A model generated the notes under the pieces. That model was given only the letters and a program-made list of their open reading frames with translations, was not told the DNA's origin and searched no databases. DNA of 64,000 nucleotides from Amphiscolops sp. MND2022 (Eukaryota): contig OZ076409.1 in assembly GCA_964187785.1 (NCBI GenBank), forward strand, positions 81,222,001 through 81,286,000, in the 5' to 3' direction. The position numbers and the translations under genes are program-made. Below, piece by piece: positions 55,301-64,000 of the stretch; the first letter of the stretch is position 1; each line of letters opens with the position of its first letter.

Positions 55301-58300
55301 CATTGAAGTTTCAGCTTCTGATGTCATATCGTCAAAGTTTTACCCGTGAAAATGTCACACATCAAGAACACTTTTTGTGCCGATGATGGCAATCCAAAGC
55401 ATATCAGTCCACTGAGTTACACGAAATTTATGCTGTAATTTATAGCCAAGTTCATAAATTTAGTCCCCATCTTTCCTATGTTTAAATGTAATAAACATCT
55501 CGCAGCCGACGTTTTTCATCCTAATATCGCCACAAGAATGCCATCAGCGCCTCGACGTTTTTATATTTTGTAGGAAAAATTTTTAACTTGTAGAATGAGA
55601 GAAATTGCAGAAAAAAGCTCCTCTTTTAGCTCAATTCATGCCCCAATGAACATTGGTACGATATGATTGTCGACATCAATTTTTTATTGGACCGAAATTT
55701 TCCCGCAAAAGATCTCAACATACTCGAGTTTCAGCTTTGTATTTCATTTTCCCTTGCTAGAGTTTGAAAGATTTTTTGCTGAAAGATTGAGTTCGTCCCA
55801 CAGAATTATTCGGTTGAAATGGTTTGTAGTATCTATAGCATAATGTGAAAACATCCATTTTTTTCAAAAAGCTCTTAATTTGAGTGTTTTTGTCGACATG
55901 AATAGTTCTGCCTAAACTGAACTAATATGCCAAAAAGTGCCAGAATTGTGAGGTTTTCAACGTTTTTATGTGGCTGCCTATTGATTCCATGTTGGAAAAA
56001 TTCCAGTTCTCAGCGGGAGTCTTATTTTCTAAGTCCTCGGATACCCTGACAAGAAGTCACGCTTCAAAAAGAACAAATGAAGTCTAGAAGAATCCGAAAT
56101 CAACACCCTACCAAGCCTAAAGGTAATTCTGAAGGCTCACAATAGACAACAAATCTATAGATTTGTAAAAACGAATCTTCCCGGGTTTCCCGACCAGGCC
56201 GATCATAATCTGGCCATATTATGGCACCATAGAAATCTTACAAATTTCCCTACTATGATCTTGCCATGATCGGCCTGGAATCATATATGGTCCAGAGTAT
56301 GATCGGCCTGGAATCATATATGGTCCAGAGTATGATCGGCCTGGAATCATATATGGTCCAGAGTATGGTCAGCCTGGAACCATAAACCTTTATGGTCCAG
56401 AGTATGATCAGCCTGGAATCATACTGTGAGTATGATTGACCTGTTTTTGTATGGGAGGGAAACCCGGGTTGCTTTAAATCTCGACTGGAAAATTTCACCA
56501 CAAAGTTTCACAGGGGCTAGTTTTCAATGAAAGATGTCCTCAACTCGGTAAAGTTAATCAGCTCTGAGCGGTAAAACAAAATTTGTAAATTCGATCCTGC
56601 GAAAAATCCACAAAATAAACTTTCAAAGCAGATCTGCTACCACCATATATCAAGCGTTGTGGACATACGTGCCATGCGGTGGAAGACTTCTGTTGGTCAG
56701 ATTTTGCGAGCTTCATTCAATTATGATCCATTTCCACCGTTTCGAAAAAGTATTCAAAAAGCAGAATTAGTCAAAACTGAAAGCAATTAGTTCTTTCTCA
56801 TCAACGACAACTTTTTGACATTATTGCTGAATATCCTTATCTGAAATTGCCTTCAGCTATTCAAACGTCATCGTTTTTCATGATTAACTTTCGTTAAAAT
56901 TGGTTCTTAGATTTGCAATTTGTGGAAAAATCACAAATGGGTAGCCAACAGATAACTTTTGGAGGCCTTGGGGCGTAATTTTATGGCACTCTAATTGATA
57001 ACATTGAATAACCACAGATCAAATATTTTGCCAAACCTACCTGAAGCTCCAATTGTCGTTGAAGTTCAAGGTTTTGCAAGAAAAACGCCGCATAAAGTAT
57101 ATGGTTCAATTTTTCTGAAGTTTGAGTTAAATACCAGTTGTGGTGGTTTCACGTGTATTGGGCTCGTTTATTGCATAAATTTATCTGACATTTTTGATAC
57201 AGCAAATGCTAACGAACCAGACGAACTATGCCAAACTGTAATTACTGAACTAAACTCACTTATTTAGCTTTAATTGCCGGTTTTAGAAATCTAGAAATAG
57301 AACTTTTGGAAATAGATAATATTATTTGCATCTGCCATGTGTGAAGAGCATGAAACATTTATACGGGAACTCCATGTTTTTCGGAATCGTTCCAAATAAC
57401 TTGCTTTCTTCCTTTTGCTTCCTGTTTGTTTTAATTTGGTCTTTACCTCGTCAATTCTCCTTATTAAATTCTTTTTCAACTTCAAAATCAATCCTCTTGG
57501 AGATTAAAAAAAACTGAATTCAGTTCGCAGAGTATTCCACGTGAAAGAGATCAGTAATCTTCGATAGTTAATCACTTCTATTGAAATGAAAATCACAGGA
57601 GTTTTTCAGAGACTTCACAGTTGAATGGACGGCTTTGGGAGCTGACACTTGCCTTTCACTTCAGTCTTTTCACTTTTGATATTCTTATAGCTTTTTTTCA
57701 TGTTCACGACAATGGTACATGGACCATGCATGGAAGTCACATGGAACATGCATGGAAACACATGGAACATGCATGGAAACACATGGAACATGCATGGAAA
57801 CACATGGAACATGCATGAAAACACATGGAACATGCATGGAAACACACGGTTTGTCAACAGTGGACAGTTATCAGTAGTTATTATTGTCATTTAACAATCA
57901 TTAATTTTGTTTCTTAACGACATCTCATGATGAGGTTGACTGACAATCATGGTTGGTTGTCGTTATTCCATTCATGGTCATGAATTTTTCATGGCATTAC
58001 TTTGAATTACCTGCATGACCAAGGATGATTTTTTGTCACATTCGAACCATGGATAATCATCCATGGTGACTTTCAAAGTATTGAAGTTCAATACTTTCGA
58101 ATCATGGATAACCATCAATGATCATGGCTATTCTAACAGCCCATGAATAATCGATGATGATCCAAGATAGAAAGTTGCACGTTTTTAAACCATGTTGTTG
58201 ATGACTGAGACGTGTTCTAGCGTCCAGCAAGCATCTCATTTTACTTCATTTCAAATGACAAAATGCATCAACTCAAAACACGGAACTTCGATAAAAGCCA

Positions 58301-61300
58301 TTGGGTCATCTTGAGAACCCTTTGGTTTTGTTTATTTTTGCGAAACTAAAACTTCGTTGTCCAACTCAAGGTTGGAGCCCGCATACCTCTGCTACCTCTG
58401 CTTCCCAGTCACGCATTTACCCATTCGACCAAGTGGTGTCAATTCGAAACGAAGTGAAGACATTTGTAAAGAATGTTATAGAATCTAAAAGCTCGAATGA
58501 TATTCAGAGAAACACTCCCATAATCTGCGTCTTCTGTCAAAAGTGCCCGCTAATAAAATGAAAGCTAAGGAATTTCAAAGCATCTAATTTATTACTAAAA
58601 TTGCAATACGTAATAAATCCATGGGTTTTCGTCCGCACGGTATTTCTTTGATGATTATCTATAGATCATGAATATCTTTCCATGATTATGGAGTGGTTGA
58701 TGTCATGGAAAACCTATGGATCATGGATGATTCATGGATGAAAGCCATGACCTATAAACCTGGGCTGTGACATCAGCTGATTTTCCATGAAGTAGGGGGA
58801 ACTTTTCAAATTTATTTTCAAAGTCGCCGCCATATCTAAGGCTCAAAAATAGCAAAAGGACTTCAAAGTGTCAAAGTATTCTCTTCTACTGTACCCGAAA
58901 AACCCAAGAGTTGTACCGATTTGGTGCGGTAGGAGGACCCTTTGAGATTTTTCAACATTTGTGTCGCAAAGCATCAAAAAGTTGAAGCGGGAACCTTTGG
59001 GGATTTTTTTCAGAAAAAAGTCTCATAATGCCGAAAAAACTGAAAGGGGCGACCCTTTAGTCTCGCCCGGTATTGTATGTTACTCAGAAAAAGAGGAAAA
59101 ACTTTTATGGTTCAGTTCGTTGAGCCAAATGATTCAATTTGGGACAACAAAACTTCGTAAAACTTTTAAAAACTATTTGGTTAGTTCGTGTGGATTGAAA
59201 CAAAAAAAAGTAATAGTCGGTTTTTTTCTACAAAATACAAAAACTTCAGAGGCGCTGATGGCATTTTTCTGGCGATATAAGGATAAAAAATGTCGGCTGC
59301 TTAAAAAACCTTTTTGGTTCAGTTGCCTGGGCCAACAGGTACAATTTGTAATACCTTAAAATTTTGTAGAGCTCTTGGTAGAACTGTTTTGGCCACTTCA
59401 AGTGTATGAAAAAGCCATGACTATAGTCGTCTCTTTCCGTAAGAAATTGCGCCGACTAAAAATGGAACGAACGTAATGCTAATGAAGAGCTCATTGTTTC
59501 ATTTAAAAAACTACGTTTTAGATGTTTCGATCAAAAAAGATAATACTGACTACGTGAAGACTTGGGAATACAAACGAAACAGAATACTAAAAGCAATTTA
59601 GATGAACAGCGTTTGCATAGGAATTTTTTTTGAAAAGATAATCGCTAATCCCAAAGCCCATTTCTCTACAAACAGAAACCCGAGCAAAAGTCAAAAATAT
59701 AAACATTGTTGTATTCTAGAATTGTGGTAAAAAAGAGACGTATCTAGAATGTTCAATTAACTCTAAGCTATAAAACGAGCTGTCTCTATTTATTTAAGTC
59801 TGTCTAGGGGAGCGCGGGCGTCGAAGAAAAGGATTCAGCATACGTCGTCGAAAGGCATGCCTCGGCATGCCTACGAACGGTTGGCGTTGGTGACAATGTC
59901 TGGCGTCAACATTTACCGTCATATGTGTGACATGTGATGCAATTGCAAAGCGGCGTTAGATTGGATTATGTTTCTATTCACGCTGGAACTATTATGGGGC
60001 AGTTTATTTTTTAAAAAAACGTGCAACAAATTGATTCGAAAGAAAAAAATTCGACAACTTCCGGCCAAGGGGTAACTTCCGGTCAGAGGGGGTGTTTTTT
60101 CCGGTCTCTGATAATGTCCCTCATGGGTCCCCCAGTTTAGTAGCACTTCCTTCTAATAATGGTTCAGAGTACTTACGCGAGCGAACAGTGATCTCATTAG
60201 GGATCGCAATGTTAAAAAACGTCAAAAGGAGGAGTTTGACGCCGTTTCCGGTCATTGCGGTACCCACTAACGGCTAACCTGTGTTCACTAAGTTGCGCCC
60301 AGGTAGTACTTTAACTTTGATTCCCTGATAGCTGCCCTTAAAACGATTACTTTCCGATGAAAATAACGACTTTTGGTTAAAAAACACATAAAACAGTCAT
60401 TTCGGGTCCCAGGGGTGATGGGGTGAAAACATCTTATGTCATATGTTACACCTCATTGTGCTCGACAAAACGTCAGCAGAGTGCGGACACGCTAAATACA
60501 CGGCTTCATGCGTAAAATTGCCATTTACCCACATTTGGGTGTTAAAATTGGAGGGGGTACCCCTCTATCTCGGCGGGGGGTGATCTGATTGCAGCAGATG
60601 TATTTTCAGATGCTGCAACACAACATAGGGGAGACCAAAATCGCTAGGATACCCTGGAAAAAGTATATGACTACAAAAACAAAAGACACCAAAAACGCAA
60701 CAAAATATCGCAAAAATGGTAAATAGTAGTAACCTTTAAAGTCTATAGCTAGAAAAAATTGCTCCTACAACTTTGTTAGGCATCCTTTCCGCTAGGTCCA
60801 CCCAATATTGCATCCAATTCGATCAATGAAAAGTAAATCTTTTCCATTTTTACTCCCCATTTCCATAAGTTGTTTTTCGTCATAGATGCGGGCATACAAG
60901 ACCCTGCCCGTCGCCAGCGAAATTTTGGTAGGGTTATTGCCCGGACCACCTATCTGACTGACGGTATATCCCACAAACCGATCGTTTCGCCGTACGGTAA
61001 TTAATGTTAATTGGGGTAATGGTCTCAGGTAAAGTTCATTTACAGTCTATACCACAAACCTAAAGCTCTGATCAGAAAGAAATCAAAAAAAATAATCAGA
61101 AAAAGGACAAAAGAAATAACTTTTTTCGAAAACCGTAATTTTGTTTTCAACAAATTTGTCTAAGCTGGAACATTATTGGAACTGTCGGTCAGTGGAACGT
61201 TTCACCGGCGCTCACAGTAGCTCATGACAGATATCTTCGATAGAAAGCGAGCTTTGACTGACCATTTTATAATTTCTAGCTCACCTAACGTTTCTTTAGC

Positions 61301-61883
61301 ATCACAGAAAATGTTTTCTTCATTTATATATATTTATATCATTTCAACTTTCCAACTCCTCTCAACCGATTCGTTGGTTAATTTTTGTGACACAGCTAGG
61401 TCTTATGTTCAAAGTTTTGGTAACCATTTAACAAAAAGTTAGTTCTGTTTATTTTGCAACAATTTCTTGGACTGATTTCAAAATGACAACAATTTATTCA
61501 TTTCTGTTTCTTTTTCAGTTCCAACGTGCTACAACTTCCATCGCAGCTGAACCCTAGAATATCAGTCATGTCATTCGACTCGGACTCGAGTGAGGGCGAA
61601 GATTTCATTAGCTATGAGCATTACTCGCCTCGGCATAGAAGGCTCGCCCGAGAGAGTCATCTTAGTGGTCGACGAAGTAACGTCCCGAAACCATCAAACG
61701 CAACCGCGAATGCCGAAGAAACGGTGGCGAATAATGAAAAGCCATCTACGTCATCATCGGTAGGGGTTGGGGGTGGAGTCACTAGTCAACAGCAACAACA
61801 TGAATCATTCTTCAACAGCTCTCGATACCATTACACTAGAAATGTGACGTCATCAAGTGCTTATAGCACTGAAGAAAGCACAG
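7187..61883 (+). CDS. ARHGEF17: ARHGEF17-like Rho guanine nucleotide exchange factor (DH-PH plus C-terminal region), partial and spliced. Exons: 7187-7384, 8714-8827, 10822-10914, 17055-17153, 17555-17689, 21057-21163, 21599-21788, 22768-22886, 37610-37625, 37678-37803, 54923-55215, 61519-61883
   Basis: All exons are flanked by AG/GT and join with consistent phases (0,0,0,0,0,2,0,2,0,0,2). The translation contains the DH signature SLDDLMIKPVQRIPRYLLLIKD. It continues LQELEHVVDGL..RRLIRHDFVTEM-KNMLVKKNRILLLFNDAVMCLASK..RRSSS..YRVCWKCLIRDCDIV..AIHKFEQDLNKLNEIISMADSLYIPH, collinear with the split PH region of vertebrate ARHGEF17 as I recall it. Start and end lie outside the window. Confidence 0.85.
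8714..8827 (+). CDS. ARHGEF17: RhoGEF exon, DH domain
   Basis: tttcag|TTT...GAG|gttaga; FSRTELRQVYSEFICKF...FQKYIE. Confidence 0.85.
10822..10914 (+). CDS. ARHGEF17: RhoGEF exon, DH conserved region 3
   Basis: ttttag|GTG...AAG|gtactt; LSLDDLMIKPVQRIPRYLLLIK. Confidence 0.93.
11651..15730 (+). mobile_element. degraded Gypsy/Ty3 LTR retrotransposon
   Basis: Diverged direct repeats at about 11656-11923 and 15347-15621. Internal broken pol: LLQYHHIFARH.LDIG..F.AKLTP, FAKLDCSQ.YH, YVDH (degenerate YVDD, 13109), an RNase H region, and integrase VDIVGKLP. Domain order is RT-RH-IN. Confidence 0.85.
12320..15050 (+). pseudogene. Gypsy pol (RT, RNase H, integrase) with many stops and frameshifts
   Basis: The motifs listed for the element are scattered over three frames. 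Confidence 0.8.
17055..17153 (+). CDS. ARHGEF17: RhoGEF exon, end of DH domain
   Basis: ttacag|GAC...CAG|gtaaaa; DVLGEYTNDNPDRQNLIEAQELIRSLAALMNEQ. Confidence 0.88.
17555..17689 (+). CDS. ARHGEF17: RhoGEF exon, DH-PH linker and PH start
   Basis: tttag|GGA...ATG|gttagc; ESLLQELEHVVDGLNSFLKSHDRRLIRHDFVTEM. Confidence 0.85.
17700..18213 (-). mobile_element. putative solo LTR carrying an ORF start (MDNQENSVQDVP..., from 17845)
   Basis: Minus strand begins TGTCAC and ends ..TCACCA; flanked by catc/cttc (4-bp TSD with 1 mismatch). Confidence 0.5.
19170..19529 (+). mobile_element. hAT transposon 3' remnant (dimerisation domain plus terminus)
   Basis: TSAEVERSFSRFNTLSSSERTRMSPET..KLLYLYFN; the segment ends in ..catccctg, a hAT-like CAGGG terminus. 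Confidence 0.7.
19770..20132. mobile_element. Mutator-type MITE
   Basis: Inverted aattcgtcgaaca / tgttcgacgaatt; perfect 9-bp TSD atctcaaac. Confidence 0.75.
20330..20950 (-). pseudogene. highly degraded hAT transposase fragment
   Basis: Minus strand near 20400-20460 reads LAS*PVSSTRCKRNF, resembling the hAT dimerisation motif PxSSxxCERxFS. Confidence 0.35.
21057..21163 (+). CDS. ARHGEF17: RhoGEF exon, PH domain
   Basis: caacag|AAA...TT|gtaagt; KKNRILLLFNDAVMCLASK. Confidence 0.85.
21599..21788 (+). CDS. ARHGEF17: RhoGEF exon, PH plus helical insertion
   Basis: tttcag|T...GAC|gtttgt; phase 2 start matches the previous exon; RYRVCWKCLIRDCDIV...HKFEQDLNKLNEII. Confidence 0.85.
21816..22139. 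mobile_element. MITE, same family as 1463-1774, opposite orientation
   Basis: Reverse-complement similarity along the whole length; TIRs ggatctctttcacta / tagtgaaagatatcc. Confidence 0.8.
22768..22886 (+). CDS. ARHGEF17: RhoGEF exon
   Basis: tttcag|GGC...CC|gttagt; GLVAQARKTHSDISKQLNELRTFYSLDASSSRIQIIIDT. Confidence 0.75.
23131..24830 (-). mobile_element. Tc1/mariner DD34E transposon, defective, with an insertion at about 23765-24070
   Basis: About 29-bp TIRs cactatggta(t/g)caaaaagc(t/g)acgtaca; TA follows the right end. Transposase fragments MVKPLD..(HTH), VAFSDET, FQQDN and SPDLNPIENIW, with 34 residues between the second D and E. Confidence 0.92.
26150..26900 (+). pseudogene. possible very degraded hAT transposase C-terminus
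   Basis: Broken reading near 26765-26870 resembles PxTAAxVERxF; weak. Confidence 0.25.
27753..28400 (+). mobile_element. DINE-1/HINE-like repeat (complete-looking copy)
   Basis: T-run + AGTCGGCGC...gcgact partial inverted repeat at the 5' end; GCGCCGACT + hairpin gccggtcccggc + TTGTT at the 3' end. Confidence 0.65.
28530..29308 (+). mobile_element. putative solo LTR containing a long ORF
   Basis: Termini TGTCATG...CACGACA form an imperfect inverted pair; TSD is not clean (cgag/cgta). Confidence 0.4.
28735..29322 (+). CDS. 195-aa ORF (MPSTRKHRAKERRSRQ...), basic N-terminus plus coiled coil, probably retroelement-derived (gag-like N-terminus)
   Basis: ATG-initiated, uninterrupted, with a heptad-like segment VTRRIEELKRDLNSQVIESINSAINEKILPSIQ; no catalytic motif recognised. 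Confidence 0.5.
   Translation: MPSTRKHRAKERRSRQANLMPDAKNLDVMLGSFSRNELESNSEDGKIEADLGLDRPRQGVVQNSEDFRSLLNSNSRENSEHTLETVRQVNIEVTRRIEELKRDLNSQVIESINSAINEKILPSIQNTLGSQRPGFLEDMDHRSSKLSRTTEVKNRNRASGNHPRICFNSRDRNHNPRESSTDSLRRGNVHDTYLS
29462..29914 (+). mobile_element. DINE-1/HINE-like repeat
   Basis: Same terminal motifs and body as 27753-28400. Confidence 0.6.
30667..31434 (+). mobile_element. DINE-1/HINE-like repeat with internal tandem subrepeats
   Basis: tttttAGTCGGCGC ... GCGCCGACTttagacgttcccgtcTTGTT; repeated ccaaagggtccccc units. Confidence 0.6.
31753..32646 (-). CDS. hAT-superfamily transposase (DUF659/CGGBP1-like), C-terminally truncated, 297 aa
   Basis: N-terminal C2H2/BED-like finger (CKKC...HCTSEKH), catalytic IIVDETTD, FMTDAASYM and CxxH (HVTCMAHG); the final Glu and dimerisation domain are absent. 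Confidence 0.85.
   Translation of the reverse strand: MGRPKTSGSILVNNLPGKTSVWHYEPTTNKIQCKKCDNYYVDVDFRAKTKIEKHCTSEKHKRSLELARKRQTVIQSGQALSKNEFWAELTTMLVRSNIPISSVEGEDFKQFMEKWTKKVLPSESTLRKNYLEGEYLDQMKKIKNAAENKDIYIIVDETTDVRGKAVAAVLIGILGDDELSKPQLFNVVELERTNATTITQIVNTTFMEINGCEKYEKLRLFMTDAASYMIKAGSDLKSLYPNLLHVTCMAHGVQRVVDLIRENHPYTDELVANMKAIFTNCSRRKRLWTEKTELPLY
32699..32931 (-). repeat. 51-bp subterminal tandem repeats and probable 5' TIR of the hAT element
   Basis: atttctcaga recurs at 32699, 32750, 32801 and 32852; the minus-strand terminus CAGGCTTAGG starts at 32931. Confidence 0.7.
33464..34842 (-). mobile_element. DINE-1/HINE-like repeat with a nested ~1.07-kb element (33660-34726)
   Basis: aacaagccggga..agtcagcgcc at the left end, duplicated gcgccgacta ends at the right; the insert is bounded by ccttaaaaag on both sides. 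Confidence 0.5.
37610..37625 (+). CDS. ARHGEF17: 16-nt microexon of the RhoGEF (P-KVRRD)
   Basis: cattttag|GAAAGTGAGAAGAGAT|gtaagt; converts phase 2 (22886) to phase 0 (37678). Confidence 0.65.
37678..37803 (+). CDS. ARHGEF17: RhoGEF exon
   Basis: Long pyrimidine tract, then ttttag|TCG...CAG|gttaca; SIPLAFDADLDDVRDQFKVVTGNDGQLVFIVASYDTYSIIVQ. Confidence 0.7.
38028..38496. mobile_element. Mutator-type foldback MITE
   Basis: Long TIRs built of aagttcgcca repeats; perfect 9-bp TSD ttcagtttt. Confidence 0.85.
44122..44505 (+). repeat. 5' LTR
   Basis: Identical to 52942-53325 except T44223/C53043. Confidence 0.95.
44166..44237 (+). promoter_or_regulatory. tRNA-like Pol III A/B-box module inside the 5' LTR
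   Basis: TAGCACGGTCGGTAGAG (A box/D arm) and GGTTCGATTCC (B box/T loop) at tRNA-like spacing; stems are degenerate. Confidence 0.65.
44506..44520 (+). promoter_or_regulatory. primer-binding site (priming tRNA not assigned)
   Basis: TGGTGGCCATAGAGA directly follows the 5' LTR and is absent after the 3' LTR. Confidence 0.6.
44530..45089 (+). pseudogene. MRPL58: intronless captured copy of ICT1/MRPL58 (ArfB/YaeJ family peptidyl-tRNA hydrolase), frameshifted near 44720
   Basis: Frame 1: YDVPLERVKVLFVRSSGLGGQNVNKFNTKAQ (GGQ at 44681-44689). Frame 2 from 44724: ADCLPAEARE..NNVNKVGEFYITSEVSQYQALNLKDCVSKL..RRVAEKERSAVKSGR. This matches the ICT1 pattern RSSGPGGQNVNK..N.INRLGELILTSE.SRYQ..NL.DC..K..K..SAVK..R. 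Confidence 0.88.
45361..45969 (+). CDS. 202-aa accessory ORF of the retrotransposon, SGNH/GDSL hydrolase-like fold, basic C-terminal tail
   Basis: Intact ATG-TAG ORF. Block-like motifs VFILAASS (cf. GDS), SIPGLS, IVIWHDVINNS (cf. GxND) and ALHQS (cf. DxxH) occur in SGNH order. Confidence 0.6.
   Translation: MVFILAASSLHHALETLTPDEKERYKSKIFSIPGLSLNPLTKNPKKIVQNLLSKDLKDKNNIVIWHDVINNSISRHHSNNFCALSVSELIEILKNIQKTLSALVYCHRFRTPEIFESLKTLETDLDIKVFDIVKDFISLKKQKDADLLKNFKALHQSPELELENLYFLLRNENELSSITDKSRPKRPSKRARNAAKRAAAPF
46397..48208 (+). CDS. BEL/Pao gag, N-terminal part (coiled coil, Thr/Pro-rich linker, DUF1759)
   Basis: LPEWKLAQYNGDPIQWHEWFGQFKGAID...KLTYLKTLVTGKAKTAI; frameshift near 48208. Confidence 0.9.
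48209..52784 (+). pseudogene. BEL/Pao gag C-terminus and pol (Cys-His knuckles, protease, RT, RNase H, integrase) with two in-frame stops
   Basis: CVACKEKHPLWRC and CFSC..H..C..PRKC...C..HNTFLH; ALCDSACSHSWI protease; WYLPHHPV, ADIEGMFLQV and FYMDDYL RT; HMFGDSS and TIPKLEL RNase H; GIDYFGP, WSDNGTNF and GGVWER integrase. Stops at 50973-50975 and 51465-51467. Confidence 0.95.
52942..53325 (+). repeat. 3' LTR (contains the tRNA-like module at 52986-53057)
   Basis: Direct repeat of 44122-44505 at an offset of 8820. Confidence 0.95.
53611..53728 (+). repeat. tRNA-derived (SINE-like) sequence within a dispersed repeat
   Basis: gcagttggtag A box, ctggcag anticodon-like loop, ggttcgaacc B box; flanks resemble 15950-16030 and 16177-16212. 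Confidence 0.5.
54923..55215 (+). CDS. ARHGEF17: RhoGEF exon, C-terminal region
   Basis: ttttcag|TTG...GA|gtgagt; open, relatively GC-rich frame; phase 2 end matches 61519. Confidence 0.65.
56180..56468. mobile_element. CCCGGG-terminal MITE (EnSpm/CACTA-like) with a 33-bp internal tandem array
   Basis: TIR cccgggtttccc; 2-bp TSD tt; atgatcggcctggaatcatatatggtccagagt repeated about 5 times. Confidence 0.75.
57720..57846. repeat. 21-bp minisatellite (catggaacatgcatggaaaca) x~5
   Basis: Visible directly; a related inverted sequence lies at 16247-16312. Confidence 0.85.
58820..59462 (-). mobile_element. DINE-1/HINE-like repeat
   Basis: Reverse-complement similarity to 27753-28400 and 29462-29914; ends gcgccgactaaaaa. 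Confidence 0.6.
61519..61883 (+). CDS. ARHGEF17: RhoGEF exon, Ser/acidic low-complexity segment
   Basis: tttttcag|T...G|gtgggt; SFDSDSSEGEDF...STEEST. Confidence 0.65.
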
Positions 61884-63025
61884 GTGGGTTTCATTTGTGG
61901 CAAATCTATTGTTTGAAAGTTTCCAATGCCGAATGGTTCTTTTCCTTTTTTGACATTTTTGGCCATGTCATGTACAAAAACAATTTTCGTCCTACTATAT
62001 ACATTTTTAAACGGTTTTTGTGCAGATTGTTTGCACTTTTTTGCGCTAGTCAGAAGCACTAGTCAGAGACTTCTTTTGAAAGTTCAATAATCGTTTTAAA
62101 GTTTAAGAGGGAAAGTTGTCTGCAGGCGTTTGAACAAATTTGTTCAATTTTGTTAATGAGAAAGACACTTTACTCATCTCAACATGTTTACAATGTACCT
62201 TGACAAATTGGTATTACTAACACACGGTATCATCCATTAGTATCTAATAAACTGCTCGTTGATTCTAGTTCCACCGATGCCTTCCCAAGTTCGAGCTAAG
62301 AATAATCAAACTCAAGTTGGGAAAAATCAAAGTCACGTTGAATAAAGGATGGTCTTGCTTTTTTGAACGAGGTATCACAATTCATGGATGGTTTGGAGAA
62401 TCAGAAATGATAAATAATCTTTTAACCACCAACGAGGTGGCTTTAAACACAGAAGATAGCTAATGCATTTCACAAAGACCACATCAGCCACTTGCATGAA
62501 CATAAAAAAAACAAGTCAACCCTTCTTTTAAAAAAACTAAATGCACATTGTGAATGAAACAATTTGAATAAAAGCTTGAATAAATTGAACGTTCAATTGA
62601 ATTCGATGGAAACTCATAACCTTAAAAATGGAAAATGGATAAAGTCTACAGAACTGGCAAGAAAAGAAAATTTCGATTTTTTTGTTCATTTTTCCCCGTT
62701 TCTGAAACAAACATACTTCTCCATACAAACATAAGCTGAGTAGCTAAGTGGTTGTTTTTTGTTGAACTCTAAGGATACTCAAACTAACGAAACTTTCAAA
62801 AAGTGTACACCAGTTGCATTGGTAAATTCCGTGGGGTGGACGCTGAGAAAAAGCAGTAAATCAGAAGCAAGCCACGGTACCATAGTTGAAGCTAAGTGGC
62901 AAAGTATTGGTCGCCTGGAAGCTGCGGTTTCGAAATGACTTGCTCAAGGTCAGGGAGCTGCGTGAGCTAGCTGTTGCAGTTTTTTTTGTTCGAAAAATGT
63001 GTTTTTTTCCTCACCATACCATTAG

Positions 63026-63059
63026 ACTGTTTGAAGAACTTCCTCAAACGACAACAATG
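63026..63059 (+). CDS. possible small further exon of the RhoGEF
   Basis: attag|...ATG|gtgagt. Two frames are open (LFEELPQTTTM or DCLKNFLKRQQ); the phase relative to 61883 is unresolved. Confidence 0.3.
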
Positions 63060-64000
63060 GTGAGTTGAGAAAACCTGACATTGCACCAATGTCTAAAGCT
63101 TGACTCATATTTCCCAAAAATTGAAACGTTGGATTTTTAAATTATTTTAGGCATTTTTCTAAAGGTCCAATTTTTGAAAACAAAAGTACCCTCAGGAACA
63201 AAATAGCTTGTTGATGAACTCTGTGGTTACTCATACTCACAACAAACGTAAAAATTTGAAAAAAAATGCATGAAACTGTCGACAGGAGATACTTTTGACA
63301 CTTTTCGGTTCTTGAAAAGTATTTTTGAAAACATTCAGAATTTTCTACACCAGAAAAAACCAAGGAAATAGTCATTTGATTCCTAGGATCCTAATTGTAA
63401 ATGGAGTCTGTGGAGATCCAAACTCACAAAAAAATTACTTTTGATCATATGGAACTGACGAGGTTCCTTATTGATTGTGGAAAATACCTCATTTCAGTGT
63501 TTTGGACTCCGTGAGTTTTTTCCGAAACTTTCCCTTGGTCGAAGAGTACCCTCTTGCTTACATAGCTGATTTCGGCTTGAGAAAAGGAGTTTTGCGAGCT
63601 GAATCTCGCTTCGCCATCATAGAATTTTACCGGAAAAAAATCCAAGAATTGGATTTTTTGTGATTCCTGTTGGGGAGAAAGGGTTTCCTAGACTCAGGAG
63701 TATTTCTTGAGGTAATATTTGTGGCACTGAGAAAAAGGCAAAAATGGGAAAAAGTACTTTGCAAATTAACGAAAGTTGAGCGATCCCGGTTTGTTGTATA
63801 ACTGCACATAGTTTCACCAGAAGTGTCAAAACTGGAAATAGTTTTGACAACTTTGGGGTCAATTTGAGAAATTTTTCTAACATGAATCTACAGATGTCTC
63901 TTCAAAAATAGGCCAACTGGACACCGCGTTTAGTTGTTGTTGAATGTTTACACCATTCTAACCCACGAAGTAGCTCGAAACATTTTCCTTAGGTCGAAAC

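Noticed and set aside
56266..56425. 33-bp repeats as a CRISPR array
   Set aside because: Head-to-tail tandem units without unique spacers, inside a MITE, in eukaryotic DNA.
57615..57894. ORFs with MEHAWKH / CMFHVFP repeats
   Set aside because: Artefacts of a 21-bp minisatellite.
59855..61000. GC-richer block with palindromic ends, probably a non-autonomous transposon
   Set aside because: I could not define TIRs, TSD or family from this window.

Overview
AT-rich eukaryotic (invertebrate animal) DNA, heavily loaded with transposons. The backbone is one large + strand host gene, an ARHGEF17-like Dbl-family RhoGEF. I traced 12 phase-consistent exons between 7187 and 61883, including a 16-nt microexon; the gene extends beyond both ends of the window. 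Its introns hold a degraded Gypsy element, two solo-LTR-like pieces carrying ORFs, a Tc1 (DD34E) element, hAT remnants, Mutator-type and CCC-terminal MITEs, and many DINE-1/Helentron-like repeats. The most striking object is a very young 9.2-kb BEL/Pao LTR retrotransposon (44122-53325, LTRs differ at 1 of 384 nt). Each LTR carries a tRNA-like Pol III A/B-box module. Between the PBS and gag it carries an intronless, frameshifted copy of the mitochondrial ribosome-rescue peptidyl-tRNA hydrolase ICT1/MRPL58 (GGQ motif kept) and an intact 202-aa SGNH-hydrolase-like ORF. All family assignments are by motif recognition by eye; no searches were run.
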